Of a DNA stretch of 64,000 nt, positions 1 through 9,726 are shown one piece after another. A program made the translations under genes and the position numbers. This DNA comes from an uncultured Gammaproteobacteria bacterium. Lineage in GTDB: Bacteria; Patescibacteriota; Microgenomatia; UBA8517. The first letter of the stretch is position 1; each line of letters opens with the position of its first letter. Below the pieces are notes generated by a model, which saw only the letters and a program-made list of their open reading frames with translations, had not been told where the DNA came from and made no database searches. Location: NCBI GenBank assembly GCA_964583685.1, contig CAZOVJ010000001.1, positions 4,033 to 68,032 on the forward strand, read 5' to 3'.

Positions 1-1204
1 GGTTGATGGTAATGGGGAAATCTTTGTCCGCCGGGTTGAAATAAATAGTATCGTTTATCCGGCTTCGGGGGATGTAATCAAGAAGAATTTCGCAAAGGTC
101 TCCATGAGGGTCAATAACGGCTACGCCCCGGCCCTTTTTAAAATCATCAATGGCCATGTTAGCAATCAGAGTTGATTTGCCGGTTCCTGTTTTACCGATT
201 GACCAAATGTGTCGCCGCCGGTCTTGGTTTTTGACGCCAAAAATAGTTTCCCGGTTTTTAAACAGGGTTTTGGCAAAAAAGTTTATTCCCCTTTTGTCTT
301 CCTCGGTTACGTTTAAGGCAACCGGTAGATTGTCTGGGGGTTCGGATAAGACAGATGTTCCCCAGGTAATTGTCGGTGTTTGGATTTTTTCACTGGGTAA
401 GTGCCAGATGGTGGCCAACTCAAGGACATTGAGAATCTGATTACCAACAACTTTACGTTTTATTAAGTTTTTGTTTGCTGAACTTTTTTTAATAAAACCT
501 TTCTTTTTTCTGGTAAATGTATTACCATCAGCCCGGCTAAAAACGCCAAAAGCAGAATAAAGTTCGCTTAGGGTTTTTTTCGTATTTGCCGCTAGACGAA
601 CAGAGACCCTGAATCCTGGGTAAGAAATTTTTTCTTTTATTACATTTTCGTCCGAACGAGGGGAGTAAGTACCATCTTCATTTTTCACCCCTTTTTCAGC
701 ATACAGTTGGCCCTTTCTTTGCCAAGAGGTAGAGATTGACTGGAGGGCGTATTGGACCAGACCAATCTCGTCAGGACTTCCTTTTGAAAGAACAGAAAGG
801 ATAGAAGCAAGGGGGTCAACATCTTGGAAGTTACCAAAGGTTGCAAGTGGATAGTAATTTCCCTGTTTTAATTTAAGATTAATGACCTCTAATCCAGCGA
901 CTGGCTTAGTAACAGAAGGGCTGAGCGGGTCTTTGATTTTTTCAATAATGACCAAGGGATAATTGGATTGAATTTGGGTTTCAACAAAAGGGACTAAGTC
1001 AACATCGCAGGTTATTTGAAATCTGATTTGTTGGTTGATGAGCATGATTTCCAAGGCCAATGCTTGTGACTTATTGCCCAGAAGTTTTTGTAAGAAAGGG
1101 AGTTTGTTTATTTGGATTAGGGCAGACAAGAAGGTTTGACTGGCTTCGGGAGTTACCTCGGTATTCCGGGGAAGTTTGAGAACAAGGGTGGTTAAATTTT
1201 CCAT
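1..1204 (-). CDS. P-loop ATPase of the TraD/VirD4 (TrwB-like) coupling-protein type; 5' part only, C-terminus lies beyond window start
   Basis: My own minus-strand translation from ATG at 1204-1202 (MENLTTLVLKLPRNTEV...) stays open to position 1. Walker A SIGKTGTGKSTLIANMA (revcomp of ~150-200) is followed by VAVIDPHGDL, the GxTGTGKS...DPxGD pattern of TrwB/TraD ATPases. Absent from the supplied ORF track because there is no in-window stop. Confidence 0.5.
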   Translation of the reverse strand, partial: MENLTTLVLKLPRNTEVTPEASQTFLSALIQINKLPFLQKLLGNKSQALALEIMLINQQIRFQITCDVDLVPFVETQIQSNYPLVIIEKIKDPLSPSVTKPVAGLEVINLKLKQGNYYPLATFGNFQDVDPLASILSVLSKGSPDEIGLVQYALQSISTSWQRKGQLYAEKGVKNEDGTYSPRSDENVIKEKISYPGFRVSVRLAANTKKTLSELYSAFGVFSRADGNTFTRKKKGFIKKSSANKNLIKRKVVGNQILNVLELATIWHLPSEKIQTPTITWGTSVLSEPPDNLPVALNVTEEDKRGINFFAKTLFKNRETIFGVKNQDRRRHIWSIGKTGTGKSTLIANMAIDDFKKGRGVAVIDPHGDLCEILLDYIPRSRINDTIYFNPADKDFPITIN

Positions 1205-1325
1205 ACTATTATTATATAAGCTCGTTTGGAGAAAAGGTAGAGAGTGATTCAGGCGGAGTCATCATTACACAGGGTGTAAGAGGAGGGCTCCGCCTGAGGT
1301 AGACACAAGACGCGCACAGTAGGAG

Positions 1326-1826
1326 CTATGGAAGACTCATCAAGTAGTTCCAGCCATTCCATCCTCCTTGATTGTTAGCAACGACACTGTAACTATCGAG
1401 TCGTAGTTCTTCTCTGAGCTGGCCGTTGACTCTTCCTGTACACTTAACCAGCGGCTGGCCCTTATCTTCATAAGGAAAGCTGGTGATCGCGACAGATTCT
1501 TTGGTACCGTCAATGTGACAGGCCCAAAGCACCATTCCCGGTCTAAGCTGCTTCGGCTCTCGGATTTGCTTGGGGCCGAAATTCGGACGCTCCTGAACAA
1601 TCGGAAGACTGCCAAAATTGATGATCTCATCTCTTATTAGCAGATTCCCGAGAGCTTTTTCAAGCTCATCAAGGTCGATGTTTCTTATTTTCCCCCATGG
1701 GTGTCTCCTAAGAAACTCTCCGAGCTCCGGACAAGATATCACCTGCTGGCTGATGTGCTCTGGCGAGTAGTCTTCTAAGCTTGGCACGGCTTTCTCCTGT
1801 TCTGGTAGTGAGTCTTGTTTGAGCAC
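1326..1826 (-). CDS. hypothetical protein (166 aa), same strand and immediately upstream of the ATPase gene
   Basis: ORF track. No recognisable motifs. GC-richer than flanks. Sits between tRNA-Ile and the ATPase gene on the same strand. Confidence 0.3.
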   Translation of the reverse strand: MLKQDSLPEQEKAVPSLEDYSPEHISQQVISCPELGEFLRRHPWGKIRNIDLDELEKALGNLLIRDEIINFGSLPIVQERPNFGPKQIREPKQLRPGMVLWACHIDGTKESVAITSFPYEDKGQPLVKCTGRVNGQLREELRLDSYSVVANNQGGWNGWNYLMSLP

Positions 1827-1939
1827 AACCCGCTGCTGTGCTACCTTTTGTTAAAGGACTTTGGAATTTTCCGGAGGGTTCAGATTTGTTTTTATCCCTC
1901 CTACTTAAAGAAACGCAAATGTTTTCCGGAAAATCCAAG

Positions 1940-2013
1940 TGGGCCCGTCAGGACTCGAACCTGAGACCTCCAAATTATCAGTTTGGCGCTCTAACCATCT
2001 GAGCTACGGGCCC
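1940..2013 (-). tRNA. tRNA-Ile (anticodon GAT)
   Basis: Revcomp reads gggcccgTAgctcagatggttagagcGccaaaCTGATAAtttggaggtctcaggTTCGAGTcctgacgggcccA. Canonical cloverleaf, T-loop TTCGAGT, anticodon loop CTGATAA, 74 nt, no encoded CCA. Confidence 0.85.
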
Positions 2014-2072
2014 TAAACAATTGCCCCAAGTAAGAATAATTTACCACAAAACAGCCTCAAAAACAACACCTC

Positions 2073-2101
2073 TTGACGGAGTTTGTTCTAGTCTATATAA
2101 T
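2073..2101 (+). promoter_or_regulatory. sigma70-type promoter for the tRNA-Ala/23S/5S operon (TTGACG-17-TATAAT)
   Basis: ttgacg (2073-2078), exact 17-nt spacer, tataat (2096-2101). Lies about 200 nt upstream of tRNA-Ala. Confidence 0.5.
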
Positions 2102-2306
2102 AATGTTTGCCTTTTGAGATACGCCTAGTCGGCGAGGGGCAAATTACTTAATGAGAAGCGCAAAATTAAATTATAAGCGAAACGAGCTCACGCGTTTGCG
2201 TGGGTAGAGAGCGCTAAATTTTTTAGGTAACCAGCCAATCTGCTGACAGGCAGGCTAGCCTGGGCTAGCGAGTCTAGGCAGACCTCAAGGGCTGGTTAAT
2301 TTTTTT

Positions 2307-2381
2307 GGGCCGATAGCTCAGCTGGATTAGAGCATCCGCCTTGCACGCGGAGGGTCGGGAGTTCGAATCTCCCTCGGTCCA
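2307..2381 (+). tRNA. tRNA-Ala (anticodon TGC)
   Basis: gggccgaTAgctcagctggattagagcAtccgcCTTGCACgcggagggtcgggagTTCGAATctccctcggtccA. G3:U70 Ala identity pair, 75 nt, no encoded CCA. Spacer-tRNA position upstream of 23S. Confidence 0.85.
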
Positions 2382-3688
2382 CAATAATTGAAAGATTGTT
2401 TTGCTCTTTGACATCTGAAGAGAAAGTCTACTTGCGCAGGCTTGCCTGCGTAGGTAGGTAGGTCGCAAATTTTATTAACGCAGACAGTGGATGACTTGGT
2501 CTTGTCCACCGAAGAAGGACGTACATGACGGCGAAACTCGTCGGGGAGGAGTCACGATCCTGTGATCCGGCGGTATCCGAATGGGGAAACCCATCCCGCT
2601 TCATAGCGGGATACCCTGTGGTAAAAATCTCGATTTATCGGGACATAGCTACAGGAGAGGGAACCTGGGGAACTGAAACATCTAAGTACCTAGAGGAAAA
2701 GAAATCAATAGAGATTCCGTTAGTAGCGGCGAGCGAAAACGGAAGAGCCTAAACCCTGTGCTTTGCACAGGAATGATGAATAGCCAATGATAAATGGCCA
2801 ATGTATGAAAAGCCTAAATGTTTTTGAGGATTGTATCTAGTACATTCCATTTAGCATTTGGCATTTATAATTTGTCATTCCCGCGCAGAGCGTGGGGGGT
2901 TGTGGGACTTCAAGATAAGAGTTATCGCGATAGCAGAATGACTTGGAATAGTCAACCAAAGAAAGTGAAAGTCTTGTAAGCGAAATCAAGGTAACCTTTA
3001 GAAGTATCCCAAGTACCACGGTGTAGATACTCTGTGGGAATCTGGGGGGACCATCCTCCAAGGCTAAATATGAGACAAGAACCGATAGCGCACTAGTACC
3101 GTGAGGGAAAGCTGAAAAGAAGGGCGAGACGCCCAGTGAAATAGAACCTGAAACTGTTTGCGGACAAGCCGAGAGAGTCCCGCACTGCGGGATGATCTCG
3201 TGCCTATTGAAGAATGAACCGGCGAGTGTCCGATGTTTGCATAGATTAACTCCGATAAATTGGAGGTAGTCGTAGGGAAACCGAGTCTGAATAGGGCGAT
3301 TAGTAAGTATTGGACGACCCGAAACCGGGCGAGCTAACCATGGGCAGGGTGAAATCCCGCGAAAGCGGGATGGAGGCCCGAACCCGTGTAGGTTGCAATC
3401 TGCTGGGATGACCTGTGGTTAGAGGTAATATGCCAATCGAGCCCGGAGATAGCTGGTTCTCCCCGAAAGGTCTATAGGGACCGTGCCCCGCAAAAACATC
3501 TTGGGGGTAGAGCACTGAATGGGCCATCGAGCGTAAGCGAGATGTTTCAATCAAACTCCGAATACCAAGATGGTACGTTGGGTAGACAGCCATATCGGGA
3601 TAAGCTGATATGACGAGAGGGAAACAACCCAGATTTTCGTCTAAGGCCTCTAAATTTACCTTAAGTTTGAAAGGAAGTCTTTTTTCGT

Positions 3689-3725
<37 letters not shown>

Positions 3726-4636
3726 TAAAGAAAGCGTAACAGCTCACTGGTCGATTATCCCGCTTAGCGGGATAGAGAAAGGGCGCCGAAAATTTATCGA
3801 GGATTAAAGGTAATGCCGAAGACAAAAATTCTCCGATTTTATCGGAGGGTGGTAGGGGAGCGCTCCGGCGACGGTGAAGGTCAAGCGGAAGCGAGGCTGG
3901 AGTCCGCCGGAGGTGAGAATGCCGGTATGAGTAGCGTACAACTCCGATGAGAATTCGGAGCGCCGAATGCCCAAGGTTTCCCCCGCTATGTTCGTCAACG
4001 GGGGGTTAGTCGGCACCTAAGGTAAGTCCCGATTTATATTGGGAGTAGTCGATGGACAAACGGTTAAAATTCCGTTACTTGTTTTGGATCGTCAACCTCG
4101 TGCTTTGCATGAGTAACTGGGGGTTGACTGGATAGGATAGCTAGAGCCAGGAGTTGAAGCTTGGTGTAAGCTGCAAAGTAGGGTCAGTTGGAAAATCCGC
4201 TGAAACGATTAATTGAGCAGTGATGCAAAATCCTAAGAGATTAGGGTGATTCTAGTGTGTTCAATCTACAAGAAAAGGCTCGCAGTGAGATCCAAAATAA
4301 GCCGTACCGCAAACCGACACAGGTGGGCTGGTAGAGAATACTAAGGCGAGCGAGAGAAGGATGCTTAAGGAACTCGGCAAACAAGCTACCCGTAACTTCG
4401 GGAGATGGGTTGCCCCGCTTAGCGGGGTCGCAGCGAAAGTTTGCTAGTCGGCTGTTTATCAAAAACACAGGTCCATGCAAAAGCGTAAGCTAAGGTATAT
4501 GGGCTGACGCCTGCCCAGTGCCGGTAAGTTAAAGGGAGGGGTTCCCCGACTTTGTCGGGATGGCTCTGAACCGAAGCTCCGGTAAACGGCAGCAATAACT
4601 ATAATTGTTCTACGGTAGCGAAGTCCCTTGTCGGGT

Positions 4637-5348
4637 AAACCAATCGGAATTTGCCCGAATATTGTGGCGACGCAATAATAGTAAACTGGCTAATATCGGT
4701 GAAAGCTAAATCTGTGCTACCATTTAATTACAGACATGCCAATACCGAGGGAACCCCCGCTTAGCGGGGGACTCCGTAACGACTGATCCGAAAGGTGAGG
4801 TCCCGATTTAATCGGGACAATACGCCAGCCCTTGTTTTGATATAATAAGCTATGGAGTTTACTTCGTATTTAACTGGGTTTGTAGATGGTGAAGGAACTT
4901 TTTCAGTTTCCTTTAACTATCGATCCAAGCTCAAAACTAATATCGAGGTAAGACCTAGTTTTTCTGTTTCTCAACACAAGAGAAATCTGAAAGTTTTAAG
5001 AGAAATTAGGGAATATTTTGGAGTAGGGGGAATCCGTTTTTCTAAGCGAGATCAAAACTACAAATATGAGGTTAGGTCCATTAAGGATCTAGTTACAAAG
5101 ATTATTCCTCATTTTGAAAAGTTTCCCCTTAGGACAAACAAACAAAAAGATTTTGAGCTTTTTGTTGATATTTGTAAGATGATATCTGCAAATTACCATT
5201 TAAATTCTTTGTATTTAGCCCGGATTATTGATAAGGCTTATAAAATGAATGAAAGTGGAAAACGCAGATACAAAAAACGCAAGCTCCTAAGGCTTATGGC
5301 AAGGTGAAGATATAGTCTAATCCATTGCGAAAGCAATCGGTAGAGTTG
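4637..5348 (+). mobile_element. group I intron in 23S at the helix-69 site (E. coli ~U1917|A1918) carrying a LAGLIDADG ORF
   Basis: Exon reads ...cttgtcgggt | intron | aagttccgacccgcacg, which rebuilds conserved GGGUAAGUUCCGACC. Exon ends in U and the intron ends in G, as expected for group I. About 712 nt. Confidence 0.75.
4852..5307 (+). CDS. LAGLIDADG homing endonuclease (single-motif, intron-encoded)
   Basis: ORF track 151 aa with motif LTGFVDGEGTF near the N-terminus. Lies wholly inside the 23S intron. Confidence 0.8.
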   Translation: MEFTSYLTGFVDGEGTFSVSFNYRSKLKTNIEVRPSFSVSQHKRNLKVLREIREYFGVGGIRFSKRDQNYKYEVRSIKDLVTKIIPHFEKFPLRTNKQKDFELFVDICKMISANYHLNSLYLARIIDKAYKMNESGKRRYKKRKLLRLMAR

Positions 5349-5979
5349 AAGTTCCGACCCGCACGAAAGGCGTCACGAACTAGCAACTGTCTTGAGCATT
5401 CACTCGGCGAAATTGCGATGGCTGTGAAGACGCGGCCTACTTGTACCAGGACGAAAAGACCCCGTGGAGCTTCACTGCAGTTTGACATTGCTTTCATACT
5501 TTTGAATTGTCAAGAATAGGAGGGAGTCCCGCTTTTGCGGGACGACAGTGTGATACCTCTCATTCAAGAGTGTGAGGCTTACTTGGGTCCGATGGAGACT
5601 CGGACAGGGAAAGTGTTAGATGGGCAGTTTTTCTGGGGCGGAACCCTGCTAAAAGGTAACGCAGGGGTACAAAGGTTGGCTTGGTCCGAATGGAAACCGG
5701 ACTGAAAGTATAAAGGTTTAAGCCAGCTTGACTGCGAGGCCGACGGGCCGAGCAGGTGCGAAAGCAGGTCTTAATGATCCTCCGATCCTCAATGGGTGAG
5801 GACGGAGCTTAACGGATAAAAGCTACCCCGGGGATAACAGAGTAGTCGCGCCCGAGAGTCCATATCGACGGCGCGGATCGCTACCTCGATGTCGGCTCAC
5901 CGCATCCTGGGGCCGGAGAAGGTCCCAAGGGTTGGTCTGTTCGCCCATTAAAGCGGTACGTGAGCTGGGTTCAGAACGT

Positions 5980-6727
5980 AAGTTACGTTGCGTTCTACAT
6001 CAGTAATGGTGTATGATGAAACCGACTAAAATCGGTGAAACCTAAGTCCGTTTTCCGAATGCGGATAAGGCAATACCGAGGGTAAGACAGAGGGTTGTTC
6101 TATGACAAAAGAAGAATTGGCTTACATTGCTGGTTTTTTAGATGGAGATGGTTGTATTATGCTTCAATTGATTTCTAGGCATGATTACAGGCTTGGGTAT
6201 CAGATAAGAGCAAGTATAGTTTTCTATCAAAAAACCAAGTACAGAAACTTTTTGGAGTGGTTAAAGAAGAAACTCAAGGACGGATATATACGGAACAGAA
6301 ACGATGGTATGAGTGAATATACCATTGTGGGTATATCTCCAGTAAGGGCGATATTAAAGCTTCTTTATCCATATTTGAGATTGAAAAAGAAACATGCAGA
6401 ACTTGCAGTTTCGGTTTTAGACCAAATGCCAAAAAGTGGTTGGCAGATGAAGCCAGAGCTTTTACTTAATTTATCTTATAAGGTAGACAAGTTTGCAAAA
6501 TTGAATTATTCAAAAAAGCGAACTAATACCTCTAAAAAAGTAAAGCAATTCTTGAAGTCACGAAACCTTCTGGATCCCGTAGAGACTGATCCGAAAGGAG
6601 AGATTCCGATTTAATCGGAATAATACGTCGGCTCCCGCTATTAGTTTTAGGGTATGGTTTTATAAACCTAAGCCCAAAAGCGGGATGAAGATATAGTCCA
6701 TGCCACACGAAAGTGGGGAATAACATG
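5980..6727 (+). mobile_element. group I intron in 23S at the I-CreI-type site (E. coli ~2593) carrying a LAGLIDADG ORF
   Basis: Exon reads ...ggttcagaacgt | intron | cgcgagacagttcgg, rebuilding AGAACGUCGUGAGACAGUUCGG. Exon ends in U, intron ends in G. Shares the 3' core block gatccgaaagg...gattccgatttaatcgg...gaagatatagtc with intron 1. Confidence 0.75.
6102..6614 (+). CDS. LAGLIDADG homing endonuclease (single-motif, intron-encoded)
   Basis: ORF track 170 aa with motif LAYIAGFLDGDGCI. Inside the second 23S intron. Confidence 0.8.
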   Translation: MTKEELAYIAGFLDGDGCIMLQLISRHDYRLGYQIRASIVFYQKTKYRNFLEWLKKKLKDGYIRNRNDGMSEYTIVGISPVRAILKLLYPYLRLKKKHAELAVSVLDQMPKSGWQMKPELLLNLSYKVDKFAKLNYSKKRTNTSKKVKQFLKSRNLLDPVETDPKGEIPI

Positions 6728-6868
6728 CGCGAGACAGTTCGGACTTTATCCGGTACAAGCGTAGAGTCTTGAGGAGAGCTGGCCTTAGTACGAGAGGACC
6801 AGGCTGGAGGAATCCCTAGTGTGCCGGTTGTCATGTCAATGGCAACGCCGGGTAGCTACATTCCTTAA

Positions 6869-6905
<37 letters not shown>

Positions 6906-7063
6906 CCAAGATAAGGACTCATCCCCGCTCAGCGGGGGAAGACCCCTGGGAGACTACCAGGTTAATCGGCAGGCGGTGGAAGTCCCGTAAGGGATTAAGC
7001 CTACCTGTGCGAATAGGTCGAAAGATTTTGCGAGCTCTTTCTCTTCAGATTCAAGGAGCAAAG

Positions 7064-7204
7064 TGCCCTGGTGATTAGAGCGGTGTGGAACTACTCTTAT
7101 CCCGTCTCGATTCGTCGAAGCGGGCTATTCCGAACAAGGCAGTAAAACGCACCAGCGCCGACGATAGTGCTTCTCGGAGTGCGAAAATAGGTCATTGCCA
7201 GGGC
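7064..7204 (+). rRNA. rrf: 5S rRNA
   Basis: gccctggtg...ccgaacaaggcagtaaaacgcaccagcgccgacgatagtg...gccagggc. Terminal helix pairs, and CGCCGAyGGUAGUG-like loop E/helix IV motif is present. About 140 nt, directly after 23S. Confidence 0.8.
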
Positions 7205-7279
7205 AATTTTTATGGACTATAATTTTTACACTTAAAATAAAAGAAAGGTGGTCCCCGTAGAGCGGGGTAGATATGAAAT

Positions 7280-8413
7280 TTGGCATCAAAAAAGAAACCC
7301 TCTAAAAAAACTTCAAAACTTAAACCAACAACAATGAGAGAGTTGTTGGCAAAAACAGGTTACAAAGTTAAAAGATTTGTTCCCGGGGAAAAAATAGATG
7401 CAAAGTTTATAAAACTTAACGGAAAATCGGCATCTTTCGATATAGGTGGGAAGAGCGAAGGAGTTGTATCCGATATTTATTTTGAAGAAGTGAGGGATTT
7501 TATCAAATCTTTAAAATCAGGAGATATTCTTAAGGCCACAGTTATTGATCCAGAGGCGGCTGACGGAAGTATCCTTCTTTCTTTACGACAAATTGCTTTG
7601 GAAAGTAGTTGGGAAAAACTGCAAAGAGCAAAAAAAAATAATTTGCCTGTTTCAGTCATGGTTAAAAGTCTAAGTAGAGCAGGTCTTCTGGTTGATGCCT
7701 ATTCTATAGACGGTTTTATTCCCATTTCCCAGCTTGGCAAAAAAGCAGGGCTAAACTCAGAAAAGCTTATTGGCAAGCATCTACAAACAAAGATTATTGA
7801 TATGGATAGAGGTAGGAATAAACTGGTCCTTTCGGAAAAGGCGGTCTCAGAAGCGAACGAGCTGGGTTATTTACAAAAGGCAGCCAAGAAAATTATCGAG
7901 GGAGAGATTTACGACGGAGTGGTGACAGCAGTTAAGGATTTCGGCGCATTTGTGGAAGTTTCGGTGGAGATAAATAAGAGGAGGGTTAAGATGGAAGGAT
8001 TGGTACATATTTCTGAGCTTGCCTGGGAAAAAGTAGATAATCCAGCTGATGTTGTTTCTATAGGTGACAAGGTGAAGGTAAAAGCTATCGGCACAAGGGA
8101 TGGCAGGCCCGCCTCGGCCGGCAGACTGGCCTTTTCCATTAGGCAAGCCCAGAAGGATCCCTGGGAAGAAGTGGATAAAAAATATAAAGTGGACACAAAA
8201 GCAAAAGGAAAGATTGTTCGCAGGTCTGATTTTGGCATTTTTGTTCAACTTGAACCCGGAATTGAAGGCTTGGTCCACATGACTAAGATTCCTCCGGGAA
8301 CAAAACTTTCTCTTGGCCAGGAGCTTGATTGTTATGTTGAGGAGATAAATGCTAAAGAACATAGAATTTCATTGGGTCTGGTCCTTACGACAAAGCCAGT
8401 GGGATATAAATAA
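7280..8413 (+). CDS. rpsA: 30S ribosomal protein S1 (short four-S1-domain form), TTG start
   Basis: Repeated S1 OB-fold signatures (GEIYDGVVTAVKDFGAFVEV, EGLVHISELAWEKV, GKIVRRSDFGIFVQL...GLVHMTK). 377 aa. Contains a GC-rich palindromic insert at 8101-8133. Confidence 0.7.
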   Translation: MASKKKPSKKTSKLKPTTMRELLAKTGYKVKRFVPGEKIDAKFIKLNGKSASFDIGGKSEGVVSDIYFEEVRDFIKSLKSGDILKATVIDPEAADGSILLSLRQIALESSWEKLQRAKKNNLPVSVMVKSLSRAGLLVDAYSIDGFIPISQLGKKAGLNSEKLIGKHLQTKIIDMDRGRNKLVLSEKAVSEANELGYLQKAAKKIIEGEIYDGVVTAVKDFGAFVEVSVEINKRRVKMEGLVHISELAWEKVDNPADVVSIGDKVKVKAIGTRDGRPASAGRLAFSIRQAQKDPWEEVDKKYKVDTKAKGKIVRRSDFGIFVQLEPGIEGLVHMTKIPPGTKLSLGQELDCYVEEINAKEHRISLGLVLTTKPVGYK

Positions 8414-9726
8414 TGACCAAGTCGTCCTTTGTTTGTCAGCAGTGTGGTTATTCCCAAGTAGGTTGGGCAGGAAGATGCCCGAATTGCGGCACTTGGGGAA
8501 GTCTAATAGAAACAGTTGTTCCAAAATCAAAAATCTCCCGCGGGGGGAAAAAACGAATTTCTAAAACCAGCAAGCCGATTTCGTTGGCTTCGATTCCTTC
8601 TAAAAAGACTTCACGGATTTTAACTAAAATTTCCGAGCTCGACCGGGTTTTGGGCGGTGGCCTGGTTGCCGGACAAGTAGTTCTCTTAGCCGGAGAGCCG
8701 GGAATTGGAAAGTCAACCCTTCTTTTAGAGGTGGCTAGTATGTTGGGCGACACCCTTTATGTCGCTGCTGAGGAATCAGTTGTTCAAATTAAATTAAGGG
8801 CGGACAGGCTCGGTATCAAGAAGAAAAGTATCAGGATATTGGAAGAGACGAATGTTGATGAGGTAATAGATCAAGTCTTGAATTTCAAGGAGCAGGGACT
8901 GAAGTTAATAGTTATCGATAGTATTCAGGCAATGAATACTTCTGATTTATCAGGCATGGCCGGCTCTGTCGGCCAGGTGCGGGAATGTAGTTATCGTCTT
9001 GTCCGTATGGCCAAGGCTGATAACATTCCTCTCTTTCTTGTTGGTCATGTTACCAAGGAGGGGACGGTGGCCGGACCGGCTGTTCTCAGCCACATTGTTG
9101 ACAGCGTTCTCTGGTTTGAGGGAGATAAAAATCTTACCTTCCGGCTTCTTAGAGCGGTGAAGAATCGTTTTGGTCCAACTGATGAGGTTGGCATCTTTAA
9201 TATGGAAGCCAAAGGCCTGATTCCTATTGAAGATACCAAAAATCTCTTTTTGAGCAAAAAAAAGAGGATGCTCTCAGGCTCGGTGGTAACTTCTGTCATG
9301 GAAGGTACTAGGCCGCTCTTGGTGGAAATCCAATCCCTGGTAGTACCCACAAAAATGGCCTTTCCCAGACGGGTTGTCAGGGGTCTTGATCCTAAAAGAG
9401 TAGAGCTGATTTTAGCTGTTCTCCAAAGAAGAATTGGCCTGGCTTTTCAGGATTATGATGTTTTTGTTAATGCTGTTGGAGGAATAGTGATTAAGGAACC
9501 GGCCGTTGATTTGGCGGTTGCCCTGTCTGTTGTTTCTTCTCTTTTTGATAAACCCTTGGCCAATAATCTTTTGGCAATTGGAGAAATAGGTTTACTGGGA
9601 GAGATTAGAGAGGTAATTGCCGAGGAGAAAAGGCTGAAAGAGGCAAAAAGATTGGGTTTTAGAACCTTTGTTACTCAGAAAGAAGTTAAATATCTAAATC
9701 AGGCAATAAAGAAATACCTAAAATAA
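8413..9726 (+). CDS. radA: DNA repair protein RadA/Sms
   Basis: N-terminal C4 zinc finger (CQQCGY...CPNCGTWGS), Walker A GEPGIGKSTLLL, Lon-like C-terminal domain. Start overlaps the rpsA stop (TAATG). Confidence 0.9.
   Translation: MTKSSFVCQQCGYSQVGWAGRCPNCGTWGSLIETVVPKSKISRGGKKRISKTSKPISLASIPSKKTSRILTKISELDRVLGGGLVAGQVVLLAGEPGIGKSTLLLEVASMLGDTLYVAAEESVVQIKLRADRLGIKKKSIRILEETNVDEVIDQVLNFKEQGLKLIVIDSIQAMNTSDLSGMAGSVGQVRECSYRLVRMAKADNIPLFLVGHVTKEGTVAGPAVLSHIVDSVLWFEGDKNLTFRLLRAVKNRFGPTDEVGIFNMEAKGLIPIEDTKNLFLSKKKRMLSGSVVTSVMEGTRPLLVEIQSLVVPTKMAFPRRVVRGLDPKRVELILAVLQRRIGLAFQDYDVFVNAVGGIVIKEPAVDLAVALSVVSSLFDKPLANNLLAIGEIGLLGEIREVIAEEKRLKEAKRLGFRTFVTQKEVKYLNQAIKKYLK

Noticed and set aside
150-440. 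Plus-strand 96-aa ORF from the track
   Set aside because: Lies antisense inside the much longer minus-strand ATPase ORF, whose Walker A box falls in this interval. No RBS. Spurious.
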